DNA of 64,000 nucleotides from Candidatus Bathyarchaeota archaeon (lineage in GTDB: Archaea; Thermoproteota; Bathyarchaeia; 40CM-2-53-6; RBG-13-38-9), in NCBI GenBank assembly GCA_963807605.1, contig CAWECG010000004.1, positions 448,001 to 512,000 on the forward strand. The letters run 5' to 3'. Made by a program: the position numbers and the translations under genes. Below are positions 54,755 to 64,000 of this stretch, one piece after another. The notes under the pieces are model-generated. The model was not told where the DNA came from, did not search any database, and saw only the letters and a list, made by a program, of their open reading frames with translations. Every line of letters begins with the position of its first letter. Position 1 is the stretch's first letter.

Positions 54755-55000
54755 GCAGAGTTGACTCGATTTCTAGCCTCGAACATTATTTGGATAATCT
54801 CGCGGCAGCATGGAAGCCCTAGAGACAGTCGACACCGTCAGATTAGTATTTGCCACTATCCATCCTTCTCACTTCAACGCTGAGACGTCTGACAACGATT
54901 TTTATTACACTCGGTCACCTCTGAATGATTCTCTCAAAAGAATTAAGTTGACGTAAAGCACAGTAAATGTTGGATACAACACATTAGGAATGATAACTGT

Positions 55001-55429
55001 ATGGCGAATTGGAGAGAGGATCTGAGAAGAACTTTCGAGAATAAAGATGTTCAAAAGAAGAAGAGAAAGTCGGAAACAGAACTTTGGGAAAGGAAGGTTC
55101 AAGACTTCTTCTTATCGACGGTCTCTGTCGCGTTTGAAGAGTTGAAAACTGAACTGGAGAAGTACGGAAGAGAGGTAAGTGTCCGGTGTCTGAAGAACTA
55201 TGCGTCAATAGAGGTGCGGCTGGGAGACATAAGAGAATTGCTCTATTCCTTAAGAGTAGAGTCTTATGATCGTCCCTTGGTTATCGTCGACGCTCACTCG
55301 ACAGACAAAAATACTGAAAAAGGATATGTAACGACGAGTTTTATTGGTCCTGATTATTCCATTATTTCCAAGGAACAGATAATTCAGGGCTTTTTGGACA
55401 CGTATGAGAGAGAGATCCTGAACGAATAG
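55001..55429 (+). CDS. hypothetical protein
   Basis: 142-aa orphan ORF in an AT-richer patch. Confidence 0.6.
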   Translation: MANWREDLRRTFENKDVQKKKRKSETELWERKVQDFFLSTVSVAFEELKTELEKYGREVSVRCLKNYASIEVRLGDIRELLYSLRVESYDRPLVIVDAHSTDKNTEKGYVTTSFIGPDYSIISKEQIIQGFLDTYEREILNE

Positions 55430-55563
55430 TGAGTATTAGCCCGCGTTCCCCTTTCGTGACACTAATTACCTTAATTGAACACTACTAGCCTTGAAAACGA
55501 TCAAAACAGAAGGCATTCAGGAGAAAGTTGCAGAACAGCCTTGCCGGATAAGTTGAAGGATTG

Positions 55564-56905
55564 GTGAACTTACCCACCCCTAAAGGGTGTGGGCTTCTCC
55601 CCTTGCGGATAGAGAAGTTCCTGCTTCAGCGACGAAGCATACCCACCAATGGTGGGTAGAGGCTTCATCTCCACAGGCGTGTATTCGGATGGTTCCCACC
55701 CTATTCTTTCCAGTCCTAGACGCCTTATATTGAGTGATGCATTGAAGTCCCTATCAATATTTAGCCCACAATGGGGGCACTTGTGTATCCTCACTGCAAG
55801 AGTCTTAGGAACCTTAGCGCCACATCCACTGCAATCCTGGCTGGTGTTCTGGGATGGTACTTGGATTCGTAGTTTACAGGCGGTTTCAGCCTTGTACCCT
55901 ACCATCATTCCAAATCTTCCCCATGAAGCATCAGCCATATTCTTGGCATTAGGGATCCCCTGCATCAAATCCTGAATATTCAGATCTTCCATGCAGATTA
56001 CATCGTGTTTGTCAACGTGGTATCTTGAGAGTTTGTGCAGGAAGTCATTCCTGCAGTTTGTTATGTCCTCATGGATTGATGCAACCTTGACCTTCTGCTT
56101 CATCCTGTTTCTTGATCCCTTCTTCTTTCTTGATAGCTGCCTTTGCTCTCTTTGGAGTCTCTTCAGTTTTTTGTCGATGTTATGCGGATGAGGGGTCACT
56201 CTTCCATTAGAATCGTAGGCATAGTTTACTATGCCAACATCTACCCCAACAGTTTTGCTTCTGTCCGCTGGCTCAGTATTTATCGGATGGTCATATTCAA
56301 TGGAGGTTATTGCATACCAATTGTTGTTTGCAGAATGTTTGATGATAACCTGTTTGATCTCACCATCAATCTCTCTATGCAGTCTGACTGGAATTTCTCC
56401 TATCTTGCTGAGGTGGAGTAATCCCATCTGTCGTATCTGCTTGGCACCATGCTTGATTGAGAATCCAGATTGGTTGTAGATGAAGGCCTTGAACCATCCA
56501 CGTCCCTTGAATCTTAGCCTCCCAACCTTCCTGCCTTTCTTCTTCATCTGTGAGAGTGCCCTGAGATTGGAGTACAGTTGGTAGAGGACGTATTGCCGTG
56601 TCTTTGAGTGTAGCTTCTCAAGCTCAGGCTTGTATCTGCATAGGGCAGGGATCATCTCTTGTAGAAGTTTCCTGTTTGGCACCTTTACACTGTACCTAAC
56701 TATTCCCAAGAAGTAGTTGTAGAGCCACCGGCAAAGCTCAAGGATTGCAGACATCTCCTCCTCTTGTTCCCTTGTTGGGTAAAGCCTATAGCGTACTGAA
56801 GACTGCATTGTACTCACTAAGTTTTTTGTAAACTCCGCTTATAATGCTGATACCAGTTCGCTTTCATCCCACCCCTAAAGGGTATGGGATTTCCCGCTCA
56901 CCTTT
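55564..56905 (-). mobile_element. TnpB-only IS element 5 (target TTAA)
   Basis: shared ends with elements 4 and 6. Confidence 0.9.
55570..56817 (-). CDS. tnpB: TnpB
   Basis: GVDVG, MEDL, DRDFNAS. Confidence 0.95.
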   Translation of the reverse strand: MSTMQSSVRYRLYPTREQEEEMSAILELCRWLYNYFLGIVRYSVKVPNRKLLQEMIPALCRYKPELEKLHSKTRQYVLYQLYSNLRALSQMKKKGRKVGRLRFKGRGWFKAFIYNQSGFSIKHGAKQIRQMGLLHLSKIGEIPVRLHREIDGEIKQVIIKHSANNNWYAITSIEYDHPINTEPADRSKTVGVDVGIVNYAYDSNGRVTPHPHNIDKKLKRLQREQRQLSRKKKGSRNRMKQKVKVASIHEDITNCRNDFLHKLSRYHVDKHDVICMEDLNIQDLMQGIPNAKNMADASWGRFGMMVGYKAETACKLRIQVPSQNTSQDCSGCGAKVPKTLAVRIHKCPHCGLNIDRDFNASLNIRRLGLERIGWEPSEYTPVEMKPLPTIGGYASSLKQELLYPQGEKPTPFRGG

Positions 56906-56922
56906 TTAATTTGACCGGCAAG

Positions 56923-57675
56923 TTAAGCGACCTCTGAAGAAGACTTGCCACTAGCGTACGGTTTACCGACAGTCCTTTGTGTATTAATCTTCCTGATCAG
57001 GACCGGAAGTTCTGCGACGGATTCCAAGATGTAGTCTGCTCCTATTTCGATCAGTTCTTCCTTGCTACCAAGTCCTGTAGTGACTCCTACGGTTGTCGCT
57101 CTAACATAGTTGCCAGAAATTATGTCTGCTACACTGTCACCGACTACAATAGCCTCTTCGGGGTTCACACTCACGCGTTCCATTGCTGAGGTAATGTGGT
57201 GAGGATGCGGCTTGACCTCCACTGATGATCCTCTTGAGGCGAGTAACTCGAAGAATCCCGCGATACCCGTCCTCTTGAGTGTGATAGTCGTGGATCTATC
57301 TCCGTCGGCAGTAAAAAGTACCAGTCTCAGACCCATTCTTGTCAAGTCTTCAAGTGTCTCTCTGACGCGTGGTAGGAGTTTAGTTCTTTCTGCAGCTCGC
57401 AACTCATACTTCTCCAAAATTCCCAGTAAGCCTTCGTGAATTTCTTTGTATGTAGTTTCCAATTTACCGCGACCACTGAGAAAAAGTCTGATTTCTCTGT
57501 CCATTACAAAGATGCTATCATTTGGTGTGAACTTCAGGTCTTGTGGAAGAGCATAGCTCTCAAGAAATTTCAAAGCCTTTGACCTGGCCTTCAGATAGTC
57601 GATGCAGAACTCTACCAGGGTTCCATCAAGATCCAGGAAGATGACTTTGGGAATACATTGATTCTTTATGTTCAT
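56923..57675 (-). CDS. HAD-family hydrolase
   Basis: DLDGTL, KPHP, VGDS..D. Confidence 0.92.
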   Translation of the reverse strand: MNIKNQCIPKVIFLDLDGTLVEFCIDYLKARSKALKFLESYALPQDLKFTPNDSIFVMDREIRLFLSGRGKLETTYKEIHEGLLGILEKYELRAAERTKLLPRVRETLEDLTRMGLRLVLFTADGDRSTTITLKRTGIAGFFELLASRGSSVEVKPHPHHITSAMERVSVNPEEAIVVGDSVADIISGNYVRATTVGVTTGLGSKEELIEIGADYILESVAELPVLIRKINTQRTVGKPYASGKSSSEVA

Positions 57676-57728
57676 GATGGATCATTTCTCCGGGATTCTT
57701 GGTCGATAAGGTAAGAGGCGATCGCTCG

Positions 57729-58961
57729 TTAGTCTGCATGAGACTTTCTTTGATGTGCAACTCTCTCTATCAGCTCGGCGGCGGTGTTTACTGGATCGAG
57801 CTTGAGAGCAAGGTTACCTAAGCTCTCTGCCTTCTGTCTGTACTCGCTTGAGTTGAGAATCGTAGTCAGACATCTCAAAAGACTTTCATCGTTCAACGCT
57901 CTCTGATCCAGCATAACGGCTACGCCAAGTTGTACAGCTCTCTTTGCGTTTCCATATTGTTCTGTATGGTCCGGAGTCGGGATGAGTATGAGAGGTTTGC
58001 TGAAGGCAACAGTCTTTGTGACTATTCCATGTCCTGACCTGCTTATGACGACATCAGCCGCTTTGAGCAGTTTGAAGTGTGTCTGGTCGTCCACCCATTT
58101 ATAACTGCGGACATTCTTCGTAATAGTTGGTATGGTGCTTCCTTTTGGATTCCCGCGAGATATTATGAACTCGTAGTCTTCAGGCATCGTTTGAAATAGG
58201 TCAAAGATGGCTTTAGCCAAGTACTGCCTTTCCACCCTTGGCCCACTTACTGCTGCGTAAACTATGGGGAGTCCTGTTGCAAGAGATAACTCCTTGATTA
58301 TCGCGTCTCTGGTGGGAAGATCTTGAGGAGATCTGTTGACAATAGGCCCAAGATACCGCACCTTGCTTCTGTATCTGCTAGGGATTGCCAGATTCTCTAG
58401 AGATATCGTATTAGGATATGGGAAATCTGGAATGAGTATGAGCTTGCTCTGCGCCCAGACGCCGCCTATAATGGTCCTGACGAAGATCCAAAAGACATTC
58501 GCCTCAAAGAAGAATAACCTATCCATAAGGGATTGCTTTCCGACGCTTGGTTTGCGAACAATTTCCACTCTGAACTGATTTAGCATCAACACTACCGGGA
58601 TTCCTAGGAGTCTTGCAGCGACTATTGACGAAGCGCGTGAGTCAGAGAAAACGACATCTGGCTTGAACATCTTCATGTTTCTAATCTCGACTCTCACCTG
58701 TTTCAGAAATCTCCGAAGACCTAACGAGAGGCCACTCCTAGCTGCTGTCTGTTTGAAGTCGACGGTGCCGTCGCTCTGAACTCTGAATCCGATAGACACA
58801 CTCTCTACAAGCTTGAATCCTCTTGCCTTACCATATGCCAAGCCGTCAAGATAAGTAGAGAATACAGCTTGTGCCCCTCTTGACAGAAGTTCTTCAACTA
58901 TCGGTGTCGTTCTGGTAATGTGTCCCAGACCTATCCCAGAGGGCGAAACATATACCCTCAT
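57729..58961 (-). CDS. MurG/GT28-like glycosyltransferase (ATG at 58961)
   Basis: GIGLGH, SRSGH, HTEQYGNA. Confidence 0.88.
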   Translation of the reverse strand: MRVYVSPSGIGLGHITRTTPIVEELLSRGAQAVFSTYLDGLAYGKARGFKLVESVSIGFRVQSDGTVDFKQTAARSGLSLGLRRFLKQVRVEIRNMKMFKPDVVFSDSRASSIVAARLLGIPVVLMLNQFRVEIVRKPSVGKQSLMDRLFFFEANVFWIFVRTIIGGVWAQSKLILIPDFPYPNTISLENLAIPSRYRSKVRYLGPIVNRSPQDLPTRDAIIKELSLATGLPIVYAAVSGPRVERQYLAKAIFDLFQTMPEDYEFIISRGNPKGSTIPTITKNVRSYKWVDDQTHFKLLKAADVVISRSGHGIVTKTVAFSKPLILIPTPDHTEQYGNAKRAVQLGVAVMLDQRALNDESLLRCLTTILNSSEYRQKAESLGNLALKLDPVNTAAELIERVAHQRKSHAD

Positions 58962-59593
58962 CACTGATGCGACTCTTGGTGTACCCTCTCTACAAGACCT
59001 TTGGGCTCTCTCTCCTTGAAGACGGCTGCTTGGAACTTGAGAACTTCCGTGCCCTTCAGAAGCCACTCATCCGGCGGCAAACCCGCTTTGAGGCAGCAAT
59101 TAGTTAGAAACTCCTGACTATCCCATCCCCATTCCGGTGCAACTTGCGGGAGTAGCAAGCCCCGGCACGCGCCTTTACTTACTATAAGCCCATCCACACC
59201 TACAACCACGTGATTCGGGAGGTCTTCAGGTTTCACTCTAATCTCTTCGGGAGTCGTCAAAACACTAACTTCCACAACAAGATCTCTTTCGAGTTCCTCC
59301 AATGTTACCGGATTGAATCTTGGGTCGCCAGTTGCGGCCTCTATCGCTGACAGTATTGTTGCCTTTACAAGTTGCTCGGTTGGAGTAGGGAAACCTATGC
59401 ATCCTCTCAGCTCGTCAGACACATGATTTGTCAGTGTCACAAAGACTCCACGTTTCTGTGTGAGGTCTTCGGGGGTATCTGGGGGCGGAGTGAGTATCTT
59501 CTTTTCCGACAAGTATTTGGAGATCGCTTCTCTTGAGAGGGCCACTAGAAATCTTCCTTCTTCTACACTTAGGTGGTCCGTGAACTTACCCAC
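58961..59593 (-). CDS. AMMECR1/TIGR00296 protein; original 5' end displaced to ~60926-60951 by element 6
   Basis: GVFVTL, LRGCIG, DPRF, GLLLPQV, C.KAG. Confidence 0.9.
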   Translation of the reverse strand: MGKFTDHLSVEEGRFLVALSREAISKYLSEKKILTPPPDTPEDLTQKRGVFVTLTNHVSDELRGCIGFPTPTEQLVKATILSAIEAATGDPRFNPVTLEELERDLVVEVSVLTTPEEIRVKPEDLPNHVVVGVDGLIVSKGACRGLLLPQVAPEWGWDSQEFLTNCCLKAGLPPDEWLLKGTEVLKFQAAVFKEREPKGLVERVHQESHQ

Positions 59594-60925
59594 CCCTGAA
59601 GGGTGTGGGCTTCTCCCCTTGCGGATAGAGAAGTTCCTGCTTCAGCGACGAAGCATGCCCACTAATAATAGTGGGCACAGGCTTCATTTCCACAGGCGTG
59701 CATTCGGATGGTTCCCACCCTATTCTTTCCAGTCCTAAACGCCTTATATTGAGTGATGCATTGAAGTCTCTATCAATCTTTAGTCCACAATGGGGACACT
59801 TGTGTATCCTCACTGCAAGAGGTTTAGGAACCTTAGCGCCACATCCACTGCAATCCTGGCTGGTGTTCTGGGGTGGTACTTGGATTCGTAGTTTACAGGC
59901 GGTTTCAGCCTTGTACCCTACCATCATTCCAAATCTTCCCCATGAAGCATCAGCCATATTCTTGGCATTAGGGATCTCCTGCATCAAATCCTGAATATTC
60001 AGATCTTCCATGCAGATTACATCGTGTTTGTCAACGTGGTATCTTGAGAGTTTGTGCAGGAAGTCATTCCTGCAGTTTGTTATGTCCTCATGGATTGATG
60101 CAACCTTGACCTTCTGCTTCATCCTGTTTCTTGATCCCTTCTTCTTTCTTGATAGCTGCCTTTGCTCTCTTTGGAGTCTCTTCAGTTTTTTGTCGATGTT
60201 ATGCGGATGAGGGGTCACTCTTCCATTAGAATCGTAGGCATAGTTTACTATGCCAACATCTACCCCAACAGTTTTGCTTCTGTCCGCTGGCTCAGTATTT
60301 ATCGGATGGTCATATTCAATGGAGGTTATTGCATACCAATTGTTGTTTGCAGAATGTTTGATGATAACCTGTTTGATCTCACCATCAATCTCTCTATGCA
60401 GTCTGACTGGAATTTCTCCTATCTTGCTGAGGTGGAGTAATCCCATCTGTCGTATCTGCTTGGCACCATGCTTGATTGAGAATCCAGATTGGTTGTAGAT
60501 GAAGGCCTTGAACCATCCACGTCCCTTGAATCTTAGCCTCCCAACCTTCCTGCCTTTCTTCTTCATCTGTGAGAGTGCCCTGAGATTAGAGTACAGTTGG
60601 TAGAGGACGTATTGCCGTGTCTTTGAGTGTAGCTTCTCAAGCTCAGGCTTGTATCTGCATAGGGCAGGGATCATCTCTTGTAGAAGTATCCTGTCTGGCG
60701 TCTTTACACTACACCTAACTATTCCCAAGAAGTAGTTGTAGAGCCACCGGCAAAGCTCAAGGATTGCAGACATCTCCTCCTCTTGTTCCCTTGTTGGGTA
60801 AAGCCTATAGCGCACTGAAGACTGCATTGTACTCACTATATTTTTTGTAAACTCCGCTTATAATGCTGATACCAGTTCGCTTTCATCCCACCCCTAAAGG
60901 GTGGGGGATTTCCCGCTCACCTTTT
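59580..60925 (-). mobile_element. TnpB-only IS element 6 inserted at TTAA in codon 9 of the AMMECR1 gene
   Basis: removal restores TTG AGA AAA GCG CCA TCC AAT CTT AA|G GAC CAC in frame. Confidence 0.92.
59586..60836 (-). CDS. tnpB: TnpB
   Basis: GVDVG, MEDL, DRDFNAS. Confidence 0.95.
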   Translation of the reverse strand: MSTMQSSVRYRLYPTREQEEEMSAILELCRWLYNYFLGIVRCSVKTPDRILLQEMIPALCRYKPELEKLHSKTRQYVLYQLYSNLRALSQMKKKGRKVGRLRFKGRGWFKAFIYNQSGFSIKHGAKQIRQMGLLHLSKIGEIPVRLHREIDGEIKQVIIKHSANNNWYAITSIEYDHPINTEPADRSKTVGVDVGIVNYAYDSNGRVTPHPHNIDKKLKRLQREQRQLSRKKKGSRNRMKQKVKVASIHEDITNCRNDFLHKLSRYHVDKHDVICMEDLNIQDLMQEIPNAKNMADASWGRFGMMVGYKAETACKLRIQVPPQNTSQDCSGCGAKVPKPLAVRIHKCPHCGLKIDRDFNASLNIRRLGLERIGWEPSECTPVEMKPVPTIISGHASSLKQELLYPQGEKPTPFRGG

Positions 60926-60958
60926 TTAAGATTGGATGGCGCTTTTCTCAATATGAAT

Positions 60959-61426
60959 TCACTCCCTAGCTTTCTCTAAGGTCTCCTTTATCTTTCTCCA
61001 GTGGCTTCCTCTCCAGTAGACCTTTGAGCAAGAGGAGCTTGTACATATCCAGAACCTCTTGTATGTTTGATATGTTCGTTTTGGAATCTTGCCTTCAACC
61101 GAGTCTTTTGCCACACGAGCTAAGATTGACCCACATGTTGGGCATCTTGACCGCATTTGGTTGAAAATCAAAGGAAGCTTCAGTTTCTTAGATAGTCTCG
61201 ACAGGGACTGAACAGTTGAGGTCTCCTTTACAAGTACAGCCTTCACGCCTCTTCTCTTAGCCAATCTGAAAAGCTCCACGTCGGCTGTCAAAAGGATCCT
61301 TTCCTCAACCATTGATCTGCGGATCAGTTCGGTATCGTCCTTGACTGGTGCGTACTCAACATCGTAACCTAGAAGCCGCAACCATCTCGAAATGTTTCCG
61401 AGCATTCCATTCGCAAGAAACTTCAC
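60959..61426 (-). CDS. Mut7-C RNase (PIN + Zn ribbon) domain protein (GTG at 61426)
   Basis: MLG..RWLRLLGYD, SRCPTC, C....KVYWRGSHW. Confidence 0.9.
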   Translation of the reverse strand: MKFLANGMLGNISRWLRLLGYDVEYAPVKDDTELIRRSMVEERILLTADVELFRLAKRRGVKAVLVKETSTVQSLSRLSKKLKLPLIFNQMRSRCPTCGSILARVAKDSVEGKIPKRTYQTYKRFWICTSSSCSKVYWRGSHWRKIKETLEKARE

Positions 61427-62769
61427 CCGGGTGCACGCTCCAGGACTTGGCCTACTCCTGGCGGCGCAACGATCTCCCCATTTTCGAATACCATCTGACC
61501 GCCTACAATAACCTTTGAGACTTGGCCTTTGCACCTGTAGCCTGCGAAGGGGGAGTATCTGGCTTTGCTATGAAACTTCTCCGGGTCGATGACGTACTCC
61601 TTTTCGAGATCGATGAGTGTGATATCAGCATCAGCTCCCTCTGTCAGCCCCATTTTTCCTTGGAGGCCGAAGATCTTGGCGGGCCTATGTGCTAGAAGCT
61701 CAACCACTTTTGAGAGGGACAGTTCTCCCTGACTTACCTTGGTAAGCAGTAGGGGGAGGGTGGTCTCTAGTCCTGGCATGCCGGGTTTAATCTCCCTGGC
61801 GTCGGGAGAGCTCTTCTCCGCCAAAGAGTGAGGCGCATGGTCGCTTGCGATCGTTGTGAATTCAAGACTCAGGAATTCTTTCCAGAGGTTTCTTACCTCT
61901 TGAAGATCCCTGAGGGGAGGATCTGACAAGGCCCAACCCTTCAATTCGTCCTGGTTCTTTTTTGAGAGGAGAAGGTGATGTGGAGTGGCTTCGCAGGAGA
62001 CTTGCATGTGTACGCTTCTTGCTCCTTTGATCACATCTATGGATGATGCTAGACTCATATGACACAAATGGACTGTTGCACCAGACTTTCCCGTGATCTC
62101 AAGTATCCTTTTGACGCCTTTGAATTCAGCATCAGGCCCATGAACGTAGGAGTAGTCTTCCAGTCTGAGCGGTTTACCTTTGAACTTTGACATTCTCTCC
62201 TCGATGGTTGCCCTATCCTCTGCGTGAACTGAAATTGGGATCTTCAGCAATGCGCAGGTTGAGAAGGCATCCGTGATCGCAGGGTCGCTGTTTGTATCTA
62301 TTGCAGCCTGAGCATCATTAAGGTACAATTTGAAGGAATACGCGCCCATGTCTCGCATTTTCTCCAACTCTGTTGGATCACCGACCAGCCCCGCATGAAA
62401 TCCTAAGTTCGTGACGATCTTTCCTATCGCTGCGTCGCGTCTTAGCCTGAGATTTGCAGCGGAGTTTGTGGGAGGGACATTGTTCGGCATGTCAAGTACA
62501 GTTGTGAAACCCCCCGCAGCAGCAGCGCAGGTTCCGGTGTAGAAGTCTTCTTTGTAGGCGAGTTGGAGATCGCGTAGGTGGACGTGCGTATCGATGAGGC
62601 CGGGGATGGCCACAAGGCCCTTAGCATTATAATTCTGCTGCGCCCGCGGTAAGCTAGATGTCTTCCCTATCTTTGTGATCTTGCCTTCTTCGATGCTTAT
62701 TCCGCCTTCAATCAGATCGTTGCCGACGAGAAGTCTGGCTCCGACAATGTTCGCGTCGGCTTCAAACAT
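61423..62769 (-). CDS. pyrC: dihydroorotase
   Basis: PGLIDTHVHLR, DMPN, EATPHH, PPLR, SDHAPH, SKARYSPF. Confidence 0.92.
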   Translation of the reverse strand: MFEADANIVGARLLVGNDLIEGGISIEEGKITKIGKTSSLPRAQQNYNAKGLVAIPGLIDTHVHLRDLQLAYKEDFYTGTCAAAAGGFTTVLDMPNNVPPTNSAANLRLRRDAAIGKIVTNLGFHAGLVGDPTELEKMRDMGAYSFKLYLNDAQAAIDTNSDPAITDAFSTCALLKIPISVHAEDRATIEERMSKFKGKPLRLEDYSYVHGPDAEFKGVKRILEITGKSGATVHLCHMSLASSIDVIKGARSVHMQVSCEATPHHLLLSKKNQDELKGWALSDPPLRDLQEVRNLWKEFLSLEFTTIASDHAPHSLAEKSSPDAREIKPGMPGLETTLPLLLTKVSQGELSLSKVVELLAHRPAKIFGLQGKMGLTEGADADITLIDLEKEYVIDPEKFHSKARYSPFAGYRCKGQVSKVIVGGQMVFENGEIVAPPGVGQVLERAPG

Positions 62770-62893
62770 CGGAGTAACCTCTGGCAGCGTCGTCTCTTAC
62801 CAATCTAATTAGATCCTTCGCCACAATCCTAGAAACTGAGAAGTGGATATCCATGATAATGAATGGAAATGGACTTATCGCTGAGAGCACCTG

Positions 62894-63475
62894 CTAGTGC
62901 GCCTTCGTCTCCTCCTCCACATCAGACAGGCAGTCGTCGCAATAAAACTGCCCGTCATGCTGGATCAAAGTATCCGACCAATCACCGCAGTCATCACAGT
63001 ATCCCGCCAATCTATTCGGTGTTCTGATTGACTCAGGGGACACAAGTCTCGACCTCTCCGTGAGGACATCGATCATGGCGGGCATTATTCTAAGAATGTC
63101 CTTGCTCGTTATTATTCCCTGAAGCTCTCCTTTGCCGACAACTGCAAGCCTTCTGATCTCGAGTCTACTCATTTTCTTAGCGACCTCTATGATGCTTGCA
63201 TCCCCGTCTATTGTGGCCAGCGGTCTGCTCATGACACTTGAAACGGTGACCTCCCTTGGATGAAGATCTTTTGCGATTACTCTGGTTGCCAAGTCTCTCT
63301 CGGTGATTATTCCTAGGGGTTTGCCTGCTTCATTAACAACTACGACTCCGCTAACTCCTGTCTTCTCCATGAGTTGAGCAACTTTCACTGCACTCTCCTT
63401 GTCTCCTACTGTAAAGACAGGCTTCGACATAACATCCTTCGCTGTGGCGACAGCCTCATCTCCCTCGATTGCCAT
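62894..63475 (-). CDS. CBS-pair protein with C-terminal Zn ribbon
   Basis: GIITERD, GYCDDC...CDDC. Confidence 0.9.
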   Translation of the reverse strand: MAIEGDEAVATAKDVMSKPVFTVGDKESAVKVAQLMEKTGVSGVVVVNEAGKPLGIITERDLATRVIAKDLHPREVTVSSVMSRPLATIDGDASIIEVAKKMSRLEIRRLAVVGKGELQGIITSKDILRIMPAMIDVLTERSRLVSPESIRTPNRLAGYCDDCGDWSDTLIQHDGQFYCDDCLSDVEEETKAH

Positions 63476-63515
63476 GATCGATCCTCTCTTTGCGAAGATA
63501 CGACGGAAGAGTTGT

Positions 63516-64000
63516 TTATAGTATTTTTGGAAAGATCCTTCCTCGATAAACTATGTCGCCCCTACCGGCAGGGATCAGTCTTGCCGCCTCATCGGGGGGG
63601 AGACGATTAAGCTTATCTCTAATGAACTCAGGACTTGAATTCTTCAGGATCTCGATTATGCTCTTGGCTAATCTTCCTGAAGAGGTCCGCCCAGGGACGA
63701 CCTCGACATAGGCGGTTGACTGTTTTTTTATTGTAGAGGGGGGACCTGCAATGAGTCTTATCTCCCCTTCCTCTGCTTCTTGTTCGACTCCAATAGCCAT
63801 CTTCAACTCTATCCCTCGGATGTAGTTCCTCTTTCCGGTCATCATGAACTGCCCCCTGCCGAGGTATTCTCCGCTTGGAGCTTTGGTTCCTACTTGTTGT
63901 GCGCTAACCCAGTATACGTCAACCGAGCTAAGGTTCAGAGACCACGCTTTACTCCTCGAAGCGGCTGCCTGCGCGGCTTCCGATAGTGTGGATTCAGGGA
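63516..64000 (-). CDS. rqcH: ribosome quality-control NFACT/RqcH protein, C-terminal part (5' end outside the window)
   Basis: EAAQAAASRSKAW...VYWV..QV...APSGEYL.RG.FM..GKRNY. Confidence 0.85.
   Translation of the reverse strand, partial: PESTLSEAAQAAASRSKAWSLNLSSVDVYWVSAQQVGTKAPSGEYLGRGQFMMTGKRNYIRGIELKMAIGVEQEAEEGEIRLIAGPPSTIKKQSTAYVEVVPGRTSSGRLAKSIIEILKNSSPEFIRDKLNRLPPDEAARLIPAGRGDIVYRGRIFPKIL

Noticed and set aside
40840-55450. Further tRNA tails at ~40840, ~54796 and ~55440 (also ~32-52)
   Set aside because: Too degenerate to separate from chance without a statistical scan.

Overview
Archaeal chromosome segment, most likely Bathyarchaeia (TACK). This is inferred from the gene repertoire: cdhD/cdhE, DUF2153, KaiC/RAD55, split lipoate ligase, AMMECR1, Mut7-C, RqcH and frequent TTG starts. 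The left 25 kb is a mosaic of four blocks: orphan ORFs with an IS3-like remnant; a complete urease island (urea channel, ureABC, a thermosome-like chaperonin, ureEFGD, Lrp); pdxST with a divergent ThrC-like/wHTH fusion; and a trpEGDCFBA operon. The non-coding gaps between these blocks contain about 14 co-oriented fragments of tRNA 3' ends (T-loop to CCA; Gly, Ala, Lys and Leu-like types). These fragments are separated by roughly 80-150 bp spacers, two of which recur as direct repeats bracketing whole operons. This is the best candidate for an undescribed cassette or recombination system. The second strong candidate is the ThrC-fold protein, which has its PLP lysine replaced by Met and carries a PadR-like HTH. 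It faces pdxST across a palindromic operator and may be an archaeal vitamin B6 regulator. The right 39 kb holds ABC transporters, acyl-CoA and housekeeping genes, invaded by six TnpB-only IS200/IS605 elements and a 48-bp solo-hairpin derivative. Several genes have single-base frameshifts or near-cognate (CTG/ACG) starts. No intact tRNA, rRNA, CRISPR array, integrase or TnpA was seen.
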